DNA of 64,000 nt, from assembly GCA_030324005.1 (NCBI GenBank), contig JARDVH010000132.1, forward strand, positions 90,445,184-90,509,183. The letters are read 5' to 3'. Within the stretch, counting starts at the first letter, position 1. Every line of letters begins with the position of its first letter. Below are positions 11,746-23,559 of the stretch, piece after piece. A program made the position numbers and the translations under genes. The stretch is from Negaprion brevirostris. Lineage: Eukaryota. The notes under the pieces are model-generated. The model made no database searches and was not told the origin of the DNA. It saw only the letters and a list, made by a program, of their open reading frames with translations.

Positions 11746-12654
11746 CAGAAGTGAAGAAGCTGGAGGAGGAGCTTGGAGCCTTAAAAGCTGACTGAACAGC
11801 ATCCTGGCCTCACTGAAATGCACCTGAACCAAAGACACAGCTGGAGATTTCTGAGAAGCATGAATCATTGCAGACATGATAATTCATTGTGAATTCCCAC
11901 TGATTGCAGAGTCAAAGGACCCAGCAAGGGCAAGCAAGATTCAGTTCTAAGGGTGAATTAGCCTTTCATGTCTTTAGGTTAATAATCTGCCAGATCAGTC
12001 AGTTTCATTGATCACCATGGCCAACCTGGGATTCAGAGATGGCGCCATACCATGTGTCAACTGAGTGCCATTGAAAAAATGACAAACTTTAAAAAACACA
12101 GCCAAAGCTGAGAATTATCTTTTATCACATTAACATAATGTGAAAACCTTCTAGAATGCCAAAATCTTCTCTTAAAAAATTTGCTGCAAGTAGTTGAGCC
12201 CTTTGAGGTCAGTTCCGCAATCAATGCAGAATTCCGCCAAATAGGGTAAGAAGCATTGAAAAAAACCACAGTGCCACATCTTTAAAAGTGAAACAGCAGT
12301 TAAAGCTGTACTCCCCTGAGCTGAAAAGCAGCCACGGATAATAAATCGACCCGACCAGATAAAATTAGGCTGATACAAGGACCAGGCCAAGCACAGAATT
12401 GGGGGCTCTGGTGAAAATGATTTTTAAGGTACATGATAGCCTTCGATAAGATGACATAGGCCGAACAAGTGAATGCACTATTGCATTCAATAAGTTCAAT
12501 AGCCGATTACATCACTGCAAGGCAATGAATAAATGAATCTTCAGATAAGTTTCAAGATGTTCTGAAATCCTTTGATACTTTAATTTAAGAAATAATAAAA
12601 TTTTAGAGCAAGCAAAGTTCAATAAGTGAGTCCAACAGCCTTGAAAACCCCTTG

Positions 12655-13270
12655 GGGGTGATCTTACCTGTCAGTCGATTAGCATGGTGAGCCAATAAGA
12701 TTGTAAGAGAAGCAAGAAACTGGGCACAAGCCAGGTTTCTCGTCTCTCATGATTGATACTGGCTCCAGGAATGGTGCAAGGCTGATTTAAATATTTAAAT
12801 CTCAATTTGAGTATTATTGGTGAGTCCAGGACGGAATCATCTGGGTCATTTGCCCTAATGGCCTCACCAGGGGAGGTCCTCACGACGAGGATCATATATA
12901 GTCCACACCAATAGGGACCAGATGTGATGGTGTCATCGATGGAACTGGAGGCCACTGAAGCACTCCATGGGTAGGGGGAAGTGCCAGCTAGCACCAGACT
13001 GTGCAAAGGGCAGGGGTAGTGCCATAGGGATGGGATGGAGCCTGAAGAGGAGGCTGCATGTGGGTAATTCTGCAACTGGGAATTGCCAGAGAAGCGACTG
13101 ACCGGGGGGCCACGATTGGCTGGGTGGGGTGAATGGTGCCAGCGATAGGCAATCAGAGAAGTTGCGATCACCCGAGCGGAAAGGTGGAGTGAGGTATCTC
13201 CCATCACACTGTGTATACTTTACACAGTGCACTGGGAAGTCATGCGTGGGCACTATGGCACCCTCTACCA
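12655..13270. mobile_element. Non-autonomous DNA-transposon (MITE-like) insertion inside Gypsy gag
   Basis: Begins ggggtgatcttacc, the reverse complement of the end at 62727-62740. Shares gatttaaatatttaaat and gtttctcgtctctc motifs with 60320-60750 and 62258-62740. Gag homology stops before it and resumes after about 13550. Confidence 0.6.
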
Positions 13271-13877
13271 GTCAGTATCCAGCTTCCCAGTGTGAGTAGA
13301 CTCTGTCCACACCCACTACTGGCCCAAATCACACTTTGCCTCATTTTTTTCTCTAAGTAGCTAAGATTTAAATTTTTCTCCAACCAAACCAAAGGGTGTG
13401 ATTGTCTCCCGTTTTCATGTTTGTTTGGCATTAACCAATTTTTTTGGTTAGATCGCCCTCTCCCCTCCCCTTGATTTTATCATATTCAAATTATACAGAT
13501 GGGCAAAGGCTGTGGCTACTGCGATTTTAAGACAAATGCATAAAAGATTGACTTGCAGCTGGAGTGGATAATGAAGCCTTTTCAGATATACTGAAGGCAA
13601 AATAAAATCTGACTTAGAAAAGGCCATCCAAACAGTCTGAGAGTCTGAAATTTACCAATAACTCTGGTCTATTTTATGTGGCAAGGTTATGGACAGGCAT
13701 AGAGCAACCCAATTATCCAGTTCATAAAGCAACCAAAGGGCAGGGAGACATCAGGTCATGGAGAATAATACCCAATCAGACCACACGATGGTGGGAGGCC
13801 ATGTTAGAGCTATGTAGCCAAAAGACCTCACCAGCAAAAAAAATACTCAGCAATCTCTACACAATGTTTCAACGAGA

Positions 13878-13960
13878 AGTACAGTAAGAAGTCTCACAAC
13901 ATTGTGAGACTTCTTACTGTGTTTACTTACCCCAGTCCAACGCCGGCATCTCCACATCAA
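13878..13960. repeat. Hairpin remnant of the Penelope-associated repeat inserted in Gypsy gag
   Basis: Perfect inverted repeat acagtaagaagtctcacaa-ca-ttgtgagacttcttactgt followed by ccccagtccaacgccggcatctccacatc. Confidence 0.8.
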
Positions 13961-15178
13961 TGACAAACGGCACGGACACTTTGAAAAGCTGTAGAAGAAA
14001 CTGAGGCATGAGGAAGATCCCAAAACAGTCCACTGTTTTGAAGGTACCACACCAGGAAGAAGTTTTTTCTTGGATGAGATAAAGGATCCCAGATTCCCCT
14101 TTTGGAGGCATCTTTAAATGGTCACCTTACAAATTTCAAATTAGATACAAGACCCCTGTTGATGGCCATCTCAAATCAGGAATCATGGCTGAAAGACTTC
14201 TGGCTATGAAGGACAGACACCACTTTGTGTGGCCCTGGAGGTTTCAGACTTAATTATAGGCATGATCCTAAAACTACTCCAGTATGACAACAAGCAAATA
14301 TTTAAAACTTTGTGTGTACCTGACCAATCTCTTTTTCTCTTAAGCAAGAATGCCTGTGTTGCCCTTAACCACCTCAAAACAGTAGAAGATGTCAAAACCA
14401 CCTCAGTTGTCAACTACATGGAATTACAGAGTTGGTTTCTCCAAGTCTCTAGTTGGCAGCAGAAGATTCTCTTTGGTCAAAGCAGCCCAACTTTCAGATG
14501 AATACAACCAGACTTCAAGCAGAAGACACATAGGAATGACCAGGAACAGAATGGTGAGCCCCAATCTCAAGCTCTAAGAGCTGTTGCCATACAACTGGGG
14601 AGCACCATGACAGCAAATCAGTTATTTTCAAGAGAAGCACACAGAAGCAAGGCACTGCTCAAGCAGGAGAATAGTGACTATTAACTCACCAGAGCACACC
14701 CCACTGAGATACAATGGGGTAGGAAAGAATACAGTGTGGTGATGAATGGAATGGAGATTATACCTTCAACTCCCATAAAGATTATGGCGAACCCCACGGA
14801 AAAAGAAAATAAGTCTTCATACTATGAAGGAACAGAGTAAACAGTTCCTTCAGAGGGAAAAGGACAAGCCTACAGTGTGCAAACAGAGCAGATAGGTGGT
14901 TGAGAAAAAAACAGTCAACTCCAAAGAGTGTAAAAAAATGAATCAGATGGGACAACCAAATGTTGGAAACATAGATTCAAACTCCAAATTAACATAGCTT
15001 GCCCAAAGCAACTGAGCCTACCACTCCTCCAAATGTGATCAGAATGCAACATGGAAGAATTGTCAAACTTCCAGATTGTCTGAATTTATTAAGTCAGAGA
15101 CTTGCACAGGCAAAGGAGAGGTAGCATGTTAAGAAAGGTTATATGACAAATTTGTTGGGTAAAGACTTGGGGGGAGGG

Positions 15179-15438
15179 TGGGGTATAGTATAAGGATACT
15201 TGGCATAGCAAAGGTTAATGTAGGATTGGATAACAATGCTGTCCACAGTGTGATATAAAGGGTCACATGACAAGAGTTAGTCTAAGCATAAGCAGAGACC
15301 TGTGCAAAAAATATGTATGGAGTTAGCTCATAGTTTGGGGTATATGTTGTACATATGTAAATATTTATGTGATACCAATGAACACTGTTGTTTGACTTAC
15401 AAGCTCCTAACCTCTACCTCCTGAACAAACTCCTTACA
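15179..15438 (+). repeat. 3' LTR of the Gypsy relic
   Basis: Starts with TG right after the PPT, ends …ccttaca; homologous to the 5' LTR. Confidence 0.8.
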
Positions 15439-15859
15439 ATAGCATTGTTGACTCGTTTGTTTTAAATGCTCTAGTTCTTTTGCTAAAATTGCAGAGTTTG
15501 ATTTAAGACAGACATTTGAAAGGTTTGTTTATCTGTATCTCTTGGTGTAATTTCAATGCCAATATTCCTGATTGTAACCTACAAAAGAGATGAATAATTT
15601 AGCCAGAATTGTCCAAATGCCTCAATTTACCTTTCTAGGAACTCCAAGTGATTCTATTTCTAATAAATCTCAACTAAATATTTTACTACTTTCTATCAAA
15701 TATGTTAAAAAAGAGAACTTTTAAATAAGCACATGTACGTTTTGGAGTTTGGTCTCAGAGGACTAAAAACACATTTCAATTGACCTCTTGTTTTCAATAG
15801 GAACCAAAGCTAAAAGGGGCAATAAAGATTCAAACATCTGCCTTGAGTCAAAGACATGG

Positions 15860-16152
15860 TATAAACAAAACACAACCTTATTCCTAAAATAACTCCAGGA
15901 GTCGGCTGTAAAGGAACAGTGCTTTATTGCACAAAATAAAGTAAAACAAAACCACAAGCCTGTGGTGATCACAAACAGGTCCCAACCGGGACAATGCTAC
16001 CATGGACCCACTCAGGGGTCTGCTTCATACAGGGCTCTGTATACGAGCTCCACATGGTGAGTTAATTACCAATCCCCAGGGAGCTTGTATTCAATGAATC
16101 CTACAGGGAGGTCAATCAGTGATTCCCCATGCAAGTCCTTGGGGTTATCACA
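15860..16152 (-). mobile_element. Probable solo LTR
   Basis: Minus strand starts tgtgataacccc and contains AATAAA near its 3' end; about 290 bp; no internal coding sequence. Confidence 0.45.
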
Positions 16153-17619
16153 ATACCTATGATAAATAATTGTGCTGGATAACCTATTGCAGAATGCTCT
16201 GTGCACGGGTCATTCATGTTGTCTAAGGCAAGGGTTGCATGCTTACCAATAGGACCTTGTCACCAACTTCATTGGCAGAAATGTTTTCTCTAATGCCAAT
16301 AATATTGGCGATGTATATAACATATGTACAAAATAATTTCATTATTCACAAAATTATGTCAAGAATGATTGTTACTTTTATAACTATTTTTCCAAAAAAG
16401 TTCTCTAATTAATATCTATATATCTTATTATGCTCAATCACAGTGTTAAAAATTAAAAATGTTCATTGAATATATATCATAATTTCACATACAAATCATA
16501 CTGATGCATCTGTTACATACATCAAGTATGTGACAGTGACAATGTTTTCCTTTAAAGAATAACTCTAAAAGAAAACAGCTTGCACCTGACTGCATTTTAT
16601 AATTGGTGTTTTGATTCTAAGTGGAAAATGTTCCTCTTCTAACTTCTTCAAAAAATACTTGGCAATTTCTTCTGCACAGGGAGCAGAAGTGTTATACTCT
16701 AACAGCAATCAAATCAAAATCAATTACCATTGTATTTTTTTCATAATTTTGCGGCTTTTACAAGATCTGATGGGAGCTCAGGCCTCCGCTCCACTGGATC
16801 TAATGTGAATGAGCTTGATGGATAGTCCAGGAATGCCTCAAGACATGGTACTAGAATTAGGTGGAAGGTGAAAGATGTGCCAATTTTCCTCCTCGACTCA
16901 GAATCTCTGACTAGGGGTAAATGAGATGAGTCTAGATTTTTCCCCAAACATCAGGACTTTTGAAGAGAAATANNNNNNNNNNNNNNNNNNNNNNNNNNNN
17001 NNNNNNNNNNNNNNNNNNNNNNNNNNNNNNNNNNNNNNNNNNNNNNNNNNNNNNNNNNNNNNNNNNNNNNNNACATGATATCTATTCACCCACTGGGAAC
17101 ACACATCCAGAGTTCAGGCATGCCCTTACACAATTTCCAATATAAATGGGGGGGGGAGAGGTGGGGGAGTGTTACATTCCTGAACTCCCGATATGTACTT
17201 CAGGCAGGTGAGTTGCCACATCAGAAGTTTCAATTTGTGATATTATCAGTTTAGATTAAATTGAACATTATGTCTGATACATTTAGTAAGAAACAAAACA
17301 TGCTAATCTGAAATAACTATTGGGACACTCTGCAAACATCTCAGCAAGTAAATGCAGAGATGTTTTGAAATTTGAGCTTTGATTTCCATTAAATTAGCTC
17401 CTCCCAACTGGAAGATACTAAATTGATTGCATATGGTGATGCCACTATTCCCAGCTAAAGTGGAGATGATTGGCTAATTCCTCCATCAATCATAGCTGAA
17501 GTAAGTGATTTTATGCAATAATTTGTATGTAACTATCCGCCACTCACTGCATTTTATTGGAGAAATCATCTTGTTTTTATTGAGAAACCTGGGCCCTGAG
17601 AATAATGTAAAGGATTAAA

Positions 17620-17895
17620 GTTTTAAAGTTTATTTTTATTATAGTCACAATTAACATTAACACAGAAGTGAAGTTACTGTAGACGTCTCCTAGTCACCAC
17701 ACTCTGACGCCTGTTTTGGTACACTGAGGAGAGTTTAGCATGGCCAATGCACCTAATCAGCTGTGGGAGAAAACTGGAGCACCCAGAGGAAACCCATGCA
17801 GACACAGGAAGAACGTGCAGACTCTGCTGGGAATCAAACCCAGGTCCCTGGCATTGTGAGGCAGCAGTGCTCACTACTGTGCCACCATGCCAACT
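17620..17895 (-). mobile_element. V-SINE (HE1-like)
   Basis: Minus strand ggcatggtggcacagtagtgagcactgctgcctcacaatgccagggacctgggtttgattccc, V domain and family tail. Confidence 0.88.
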
Positions 17896-19099
17896 GGCTG
17901 GGGGTAAGACGTGGGTGAAATTGTACAGATGAAATTCAGAAGTCAAGTCAGTCTGTCAGATTCTCCATTTTAATATAAGCTTGATTAGGGGAATAAATCT
18001 TGACTTTTCATGTCTCCAAGATACAAAATCACAACTCTATTAAGCAGCAATGTATAATCGAATTTAGAGGAAGCAGGAGGTGTTTGGGATGGCTGCACAG
18101 AGAGCAGCAAAAGCAGCATCGAGATGTAATGATGTGTCTGGAATTAATGTTGGTAAAAAGCTAGAGCATGCAGGAGATATATTTCCCAGCAATGGAAGAA
18201 AGAATCTGTAGTTTTCAACAAGAAGGTATGAATGAAGGTAGCAGCTGGTGTGTTGTCCCTAGTTTTGGGTGTAATTAGTAAGTGGTTTAATGTCCTAACC
18301 AGGTCAAGAAAAGTGAATAATTTGGTAACTTACCTACAACATTGTGCATAAGTACATGCCCCCAAATTTCCATTTCTTTGTCTTCACAAGGATGACCTTA
18401 CTCCTTAAATTTCAGCTACACCAGCTTTCACTTTCTGTGCATTTCATCCCTTCCTCATTTATCCATCCATCCTCTTCACCCTCTTATTTTCAGCTAATGC
18501 ACAGTCCACATTAGACAGATGCCTCACCTACATTCAGTCACGGGTCTGATTTTCAGATGTGAGAAGTGGGTAGCAAAGGCAAAGGTCAGGGAGAGAGGGC
18601 TGGTGGTGGCCTACCACAAGAAGTCCAGTCATTAGAGAAGTGTGCTGGAAGGTTTAAGTTGAAAAAATTATAATTCACCAAAGATATGCACATGTGCATT
18701 TGGCAGAATGTTATATTGTTATGTTTCTTTTTGTATCAGTTCAATGAATTCATTGCTTAGTACCACTCTGCGTCTTGACCATTATTGCATTCTGAGTGTC
18801 AGCTCAAACTTTCACTTGTATATTGATGAATAGCAACATCTGATGAGACCACTGGGTGGATGTGCGGTGGGTGAATCCATGATTGTAGGACCCTTCAGTG
18901 CAAAGGGGTGGAGGATGTCAGGGTGGTAGTTGTAGGATCAGGTCAGAAGATTTCAGGTGTGTTTTCCTGTGTGAGTCACCACAAGCAGAACCTTTGCTCT
19001 ACAAGGGCATCCAGATCAACAATGTATGTGGCATGTCTAATGATGGGTGTCCCATTCTTCCTCCCCCTTTTCAATGTGCTTCCCATTTAAAGACACTTT

Positions 19100-20230
19100 A
19101 AATGGGACAAAGGAATTTGACGAAGGAAGTGCGGTAGATGTGGTTTATATGGTCTTCAGCAAGGCGTTCGATAAAGTCCCCCATGGAAGACTTCCTGAGA
19201 CTGTGAGAGGGCATGGGNNNNNNNNNNNNNNNNNNNNNNNNNNNNNNNNNNNNNNNNNNNNNNNNNNNNNNNNNNNNNNNNNNNNNNNNNNNNNNNNNNN
19301 NNNNNNNNNNNNNNNNNNNNNNNNNNNNNNNNNNNNNNNNNNNNNNNNNNNNNNNNNNNNNNNNNNNNNNNNNNNNNNNNNNNNNNNNNNNNNNNNNNNN
19401 NNNNNNNNNNNNNNNNNNNNNNNNNNNNNNNNNNNNNNNNNNNNNNNNNNNNNNNNNNNNNNNNNNNNNNNNNNNNNNNNNNNNNNNNNNNNNNNNNNNN
19501 NNNNNNNNNNNNNNNNNNNNNNNNNNNNNNNNNNNNNNNNNNNNNNNNNNNNNNNNNNNNNNNNNNNNNNNNNNNNNNNNNNNNNNNNNNNNNNNNNNNN
19601 NNNNNNNNNNNNNNNNNNNNNNNNNNNNNNNNNNNNNNNNNNNNNNNNNNNNNNNNNNNNNNNNNNNNNNNNNNNNNNNNNNNNNNNNNNNNNNNNNNNN
19701 NNNNNNNNNNNNNNNNNNNNNNNNNNNNNNNNNNNNNNNNNNNNNNNNNNNNNNNNNNNNNNNNNNNNNNNNNNNNNNNNNNNNNNNNNNNNNNNNNNNN
19801 NNNNNNNNNNNNNNNNNNNNNNNNNNNNNNNNNNNNNNNNNNNNNNNNNNNNNNNNNNNNNNNNNNNNNNNNNNNNNNNNNNNNNNNNNNNNNNNNNNNN
19901 NNNNNNNNNNNNNNNNNNNNNNNNNNNNNNNNNNNNNNNNNNNNCTGCCACAAGAGGACACAGGTTTAGGGTGCTGGGGAGTAGGTACAGAGGAGGTGTC
20001 AGGGGTAAGTTTTTCACTCAGGGGGTGGTGGGTGCGTGGAATCGGCTGCCGGCGGTGGTGGGTGCGTGGAATAAGCTGCCGGCAGTGGTGGTGGAGGCGG
20101 ATTCGATCGGGTCTTTTAAGAGACTTCTGGATGAGTACATGGGATTTAGTAGGATTGAGGGTTATCGGTAAGCCTCGTAGGTAGAGATGTTCGGCGCTAC
20201 TTGTGGGCCGAAGGGCCTGTTTGTGCTGTA
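19100..20230 (+). mobile_element. Young CR1 LINE 3' portion (middle in N gap)
   Basis: DEGSAVDVVYMVFSKAFDKVPHGRL…TRGHRFRVLGSRYRGGVRGKFFTQGVVGAWN…IGSFKRLLDEYM, tail (ttctatg)n; CpGs retained. Confidence 0.92.
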
Positions 20231-20269
20231 GTTTTTCTATGTTCTATGTTCGATACTTGATGATGCTTC

Positions 20270-21100
20270 CCTTTCCTCCACCTGTAATCCTCCCTGCATC
20301 ACAATGTTGTGCAGCATCAGCTCACTGCAGTAGACCTTTGCTGGTGAGTACTGAAGGGCATCTCCACACCTATTCATGCACATGAAGACCATCTTCAACA
20401 TTCCAATGGCTTGTTCTGTGACATACCTGATGGTCAGGTGATCCTGCTTGTAATGTTTCTCACAGGCACCTAGACTTGAAAGGGATATTAGTTGTCTCCA
20501 ACAGGACAGCTTTTAAATTTGCTTCCTAAAAAGGAAAGTTCTTGAATGTTGGACCCAGGAAATATGGCACATCCCTGGGTGAATCACTCTTTGTGTTGCA
20601 CACCTGCTGCGTATTGATGGAATAATTTCCTTTGCGGTTGATGTAAACTCCTGGATGTTGCAGTGATGCTCAGATTCCCACATGTGTCCCTTCAACATTG
20701 TATTGTATCTGTGGGAAGCCAGTCAGACAGGTGAATCTGAGAGCCCACTCATTCCCACTACTGTCATCATAAGGGAACTTTACATAGCTCTCAGCTCTGG
20801 AAAACATCTGTCTGTCATTTACCTTTTGCATTTTGTTCAGCAAACTGAGTCGCCCCAAGATATCTCAGGTAATGCACTGGGAAGAACCAGAGATGAAGAA
20901 ATTAAGCAGGGGGTGGGGGTGGAGGTGGAGGTAGTATTCACAGCCATTAGCCACCAGTTCCAGCAGAACAAAGTTTCCTGTCATAGCAGTGATAATCTCA
21001 GCCTATGAGAACACTGAAGAAACTAAGCATCTGCCTCTACACCCTGATATGCCCTGCAATCTCTAGCCCTCTCTTGTGCATCTACTGATCTCACCACTGC
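20270..21100 (-). mobile_element. PIF/Harbinger DDE transposase relic
   Basis: Minus strand fragments LNFFISGSSQ, FSRAESYVKFPYDDSSGNEWALRFTCLTGFPQIQYNVEGTHVGI and HLTIRYVTEQAIGMLKMVFMCMNRCGDALQYSPAKV…LHNIV match HARBI1-type motifs; stops and frameshifts present. Confidence 0.8.
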
Positions 21101-21519
21101 ATGTTACTGTTGTCATGGATGGTGATCTGCTGTTAGAACATTTAAGGTGTCTCCCAGCTCCTACTGGGATTTTGTTTGAAAGACTGCAAAACTTTTAAAT
21201 TCCTCTCTTCTAAACGTTTACCAAAGAGAACTGAAGAAGCAGCTGTAAGAAGTCAACCTTCATTAAGTTCAGGTTATCTTAAGTTGACAGATGCACATGG
21301 AGGCCACCTACAACTCGCTCCCATTTTTATTAGTCTATACCAGAGGTCATATCCAAAGAGAAGTTGAATTCCAGTAAAAAGGCCCTCATTTGCATCCAAT
21401 TATGATCTTAAATGATACCTTCCTTTTACACTTGCTTGTGCTTATGATTACATTAGCTTCGGTGAACAGGTTATCCAATAGAAATTCATTTCAGAGAATT
21501 CAGCACATTGGGGTTGGAT

Positions 21520-21805
21520 TGCAGTCATGATTTGCAAAAGAAGCAAATGCGATGTGAAAAAAAGCTTTTTCATGCATTGAGTGGTTTAAGTCTGGAAAGC
21601 ACTGCCTGGAACTGTGCTGGAGGTAAGGTTAAATCGAGGCATTCAAAAGGCTACTAGATTATTATTTGAATAGAAACAATGTGCAAGGATGTGGGGAAAG
21701 GCAAAAGAATGACACTAAGTCATGATGCTCATTTGGAGAGCTAATGCAGACACAATGGGCCAAATGGCCCCCTTCTGCGCAGTAATAATTCAGTGATTCT
21801 ATGGT
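21520..21805 (+). mobile_element. CR1 3' fragment
   Basis: Decayed …FFMH*VV*VWKALPGTVLE…IEAFKRLLDYYL plus 3' UTR gggccaaatggccccttctg. Confidence 0.75.
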
Positions 21806-22347
21806 TCCTTTTTGCCAAATTTAACTGCTCACCCACTCCCAAGTCACCTGTTCACCTCTGTTAAAACTCCTATTACTGTGGTTTTGATAATGAGTTCTGT
21901 TCGATGTAGATCATAGACACTCTTTTTCGAAAAAAGACTCAATGTAACCAATGCTAACTGGTTGCTATACTGATCTGATTACCATGAGCCTGCCCTGCCG
22001 CTTCCAACTCATTGGGTGACATACTGATGTCAATAGTCACTCAGTGTTAAATTAACACCCGTAAATCTGGGCAATTGACTAACAAAATAATCAACAGCCA
22101 GAATATCTCCTCAAATCTATCCAGTGCCTCTCAGTAGAAGCTATGTATGATTATTGGGAGAGCACAAGATCACATTTCACTCTTTAGATGAATCTCCTGT
22201 CAGCATTTGCTGATAAAGGTCAAACCAAAGGAAGGGCCATGTGCAAAATACCAGAGGTCTGCACTATTCATAGAACCATATCCTGGTGTGAGCCATTGCC
22301 TTTAGAAGAAAGAGACAAAGCTGGGGGATAAAAGTAAGACAGATTCT

Positions 22348-22770
22348 AGGGCCAGGATTTTCTGGCCTTCCTGCAGGATCTTCTGGTCCAGCTGAAAGTC
22401 ACCCCCATGGCGAGTTTCCTAGCGCTGTGGCCACTGTGCAACACAAATGGCCATTGACAGAGTGGTGAATCTATGGAACTCTTTGCCATAGAAGGCTGTA
22501 AAGGCCAGATCATTGAGTGTCTTTAAGACAGAGATAGATAGGTTCTTGTTTAATAAGGGGATCAGGGGTTATGGAGAATGGGGATGAGAAAAATATCAGC
22601 CATGACTGAATGGTGGAGCAGACTTGATGGGCCGAGTGGCCTAATTCTGCTCCTATGTCTTTTGGTCTTATGGACTTTGCTGGGATCATAAATCTCGCCA
22701 TTGGTCAATGGTGAGCCACTTTCGCTGCCAGAAAGCCTGATGTGGGAGAACTAGTGGGGCAAAAATTTTA
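22348..22770. mobile_element. MITE-like element interrupted by a CR1 3' end (about 22465-22670, +)
   Basis: Left end gggccaggattttc; CR1 tail gagtggtgaatctatggaactc…gggccgagtggcctaattctgctcctatgtctt inserted mid-element. Confidence 0.6.
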
Positions 22771-23007
22771 CGTTTAAACAATGGAGTTCTTCTCAAAGCA
22801 TTTGTCCCAAATGAATAGTGTGCAAATGCATTTTGGGGCAACCACATGACTTACATTAGGATTGGGAGCCCATGGAGGTTAACATATTATGTGTAGTTTG
22901 CAACTCACACTGACACCTGTGGACATTTCAGACAAATTTTAAGCACCAGCCCGGTGTAACCCATGCAAATCAGATGTCACAAGCTGTATTAGTGGCTCAT
23001 AATTTTA

Positions 23008-23257
23008 AGTAAAAAGTCTGACAACACCAGGTTTTAGTCCAACCGATTTATTTGATAATAGACTCACGAGCTTTCGAGGGGACANNNNNNNNNNNNNNNN
23101 NNNNNNNNNNNNNNNNNNNNNNNNNNNNNNNNNNNNNNNNNNNNNNNNNNNNNNNNNNNNNNNNNNNNNNNNNNNNNNNNNNNNTTGGACTAAAACCTGG
23201 TGTTGTCAGACTTTTTACTGTGTTTACCCCAGTCCAACGCCGGCATACCCACATCAT
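23008..23257. mobile_element. Palindromic Penelope-associated repeat (centre in N gap)
   Basis: Perfect inverted arms of about 35 bp: agtaaaaagtctgacaacaccaggttttagtccaa / ttggactaaaacctggtgttgtcagactttttact. Minus-strand cgaaagctc hammerhead half-motif beside the gap. Confidence 0.75.
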
Positions 23258-23559
23258 TATAATTTTAAACCATAAGAGGTTTAAATTCAAAACAGCTTGT
23301 CAGGCAAGCTGACACAGCCCTTAAACCATTTTTATCCTGAACTGAAGCTTCTAAAGTACGAAAAGGAACAGTAGTTTGCAAGTCTGCACCAATCATTGTA
23401 TTTTAATTATACTGATAGTTTCTTGAAAGACACATTTGATAATCAAATACTGAGTTTGATTAGCCTAATAATATCTTTAGAATAAACACTGTAATGCAAA
23501 ACATACCTTTTGTTAAAGACTTTAAAGTCATTAAAATGATATTTAAAAAAGACTGACAT

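Larger units (their letters stand above)
11500..15440 (+). mobile_element. Decayed Ty3/Gypsy LTR retrotransposon (gag-protease plus integrase tail; RT/RNaseH not found)
   Basis: Two homologous LTRs. gag remnants EQVNALLHSISSIAD…DKFQDVLKSFD…ILEQAKFNK*VQQP and VDNEAFSDIL…LEKAIQTV. Protease LNGHLTNFKLDT. Integrase end GRIVKLPDCLNL. Polypurine tract ggggggaggg at 15169-15178 directly before TG. Confidence 0.85.

Noticed and set aside
12671-13207. 178-aa ORF and other GC-rich ORFs (46652-47498, 54242-54895)
   Set aside because: Lie within MITE-like repeats; no recognisable domain; GC-rich DNA yields chance ORFs.
19047-20184. Long ORFs of 200-470 aa in the track (also 28235-29768, 43881-44610)
   Set aside because: Their length comes from N runs translated as X; the real residues are CR1 RT fragments.
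20270-21100. HARBI1 host gene or domesticated transposase
   Set aside because: Multiple stops and frameshifts, and degenerate catalytic motifs; a transposon relic.
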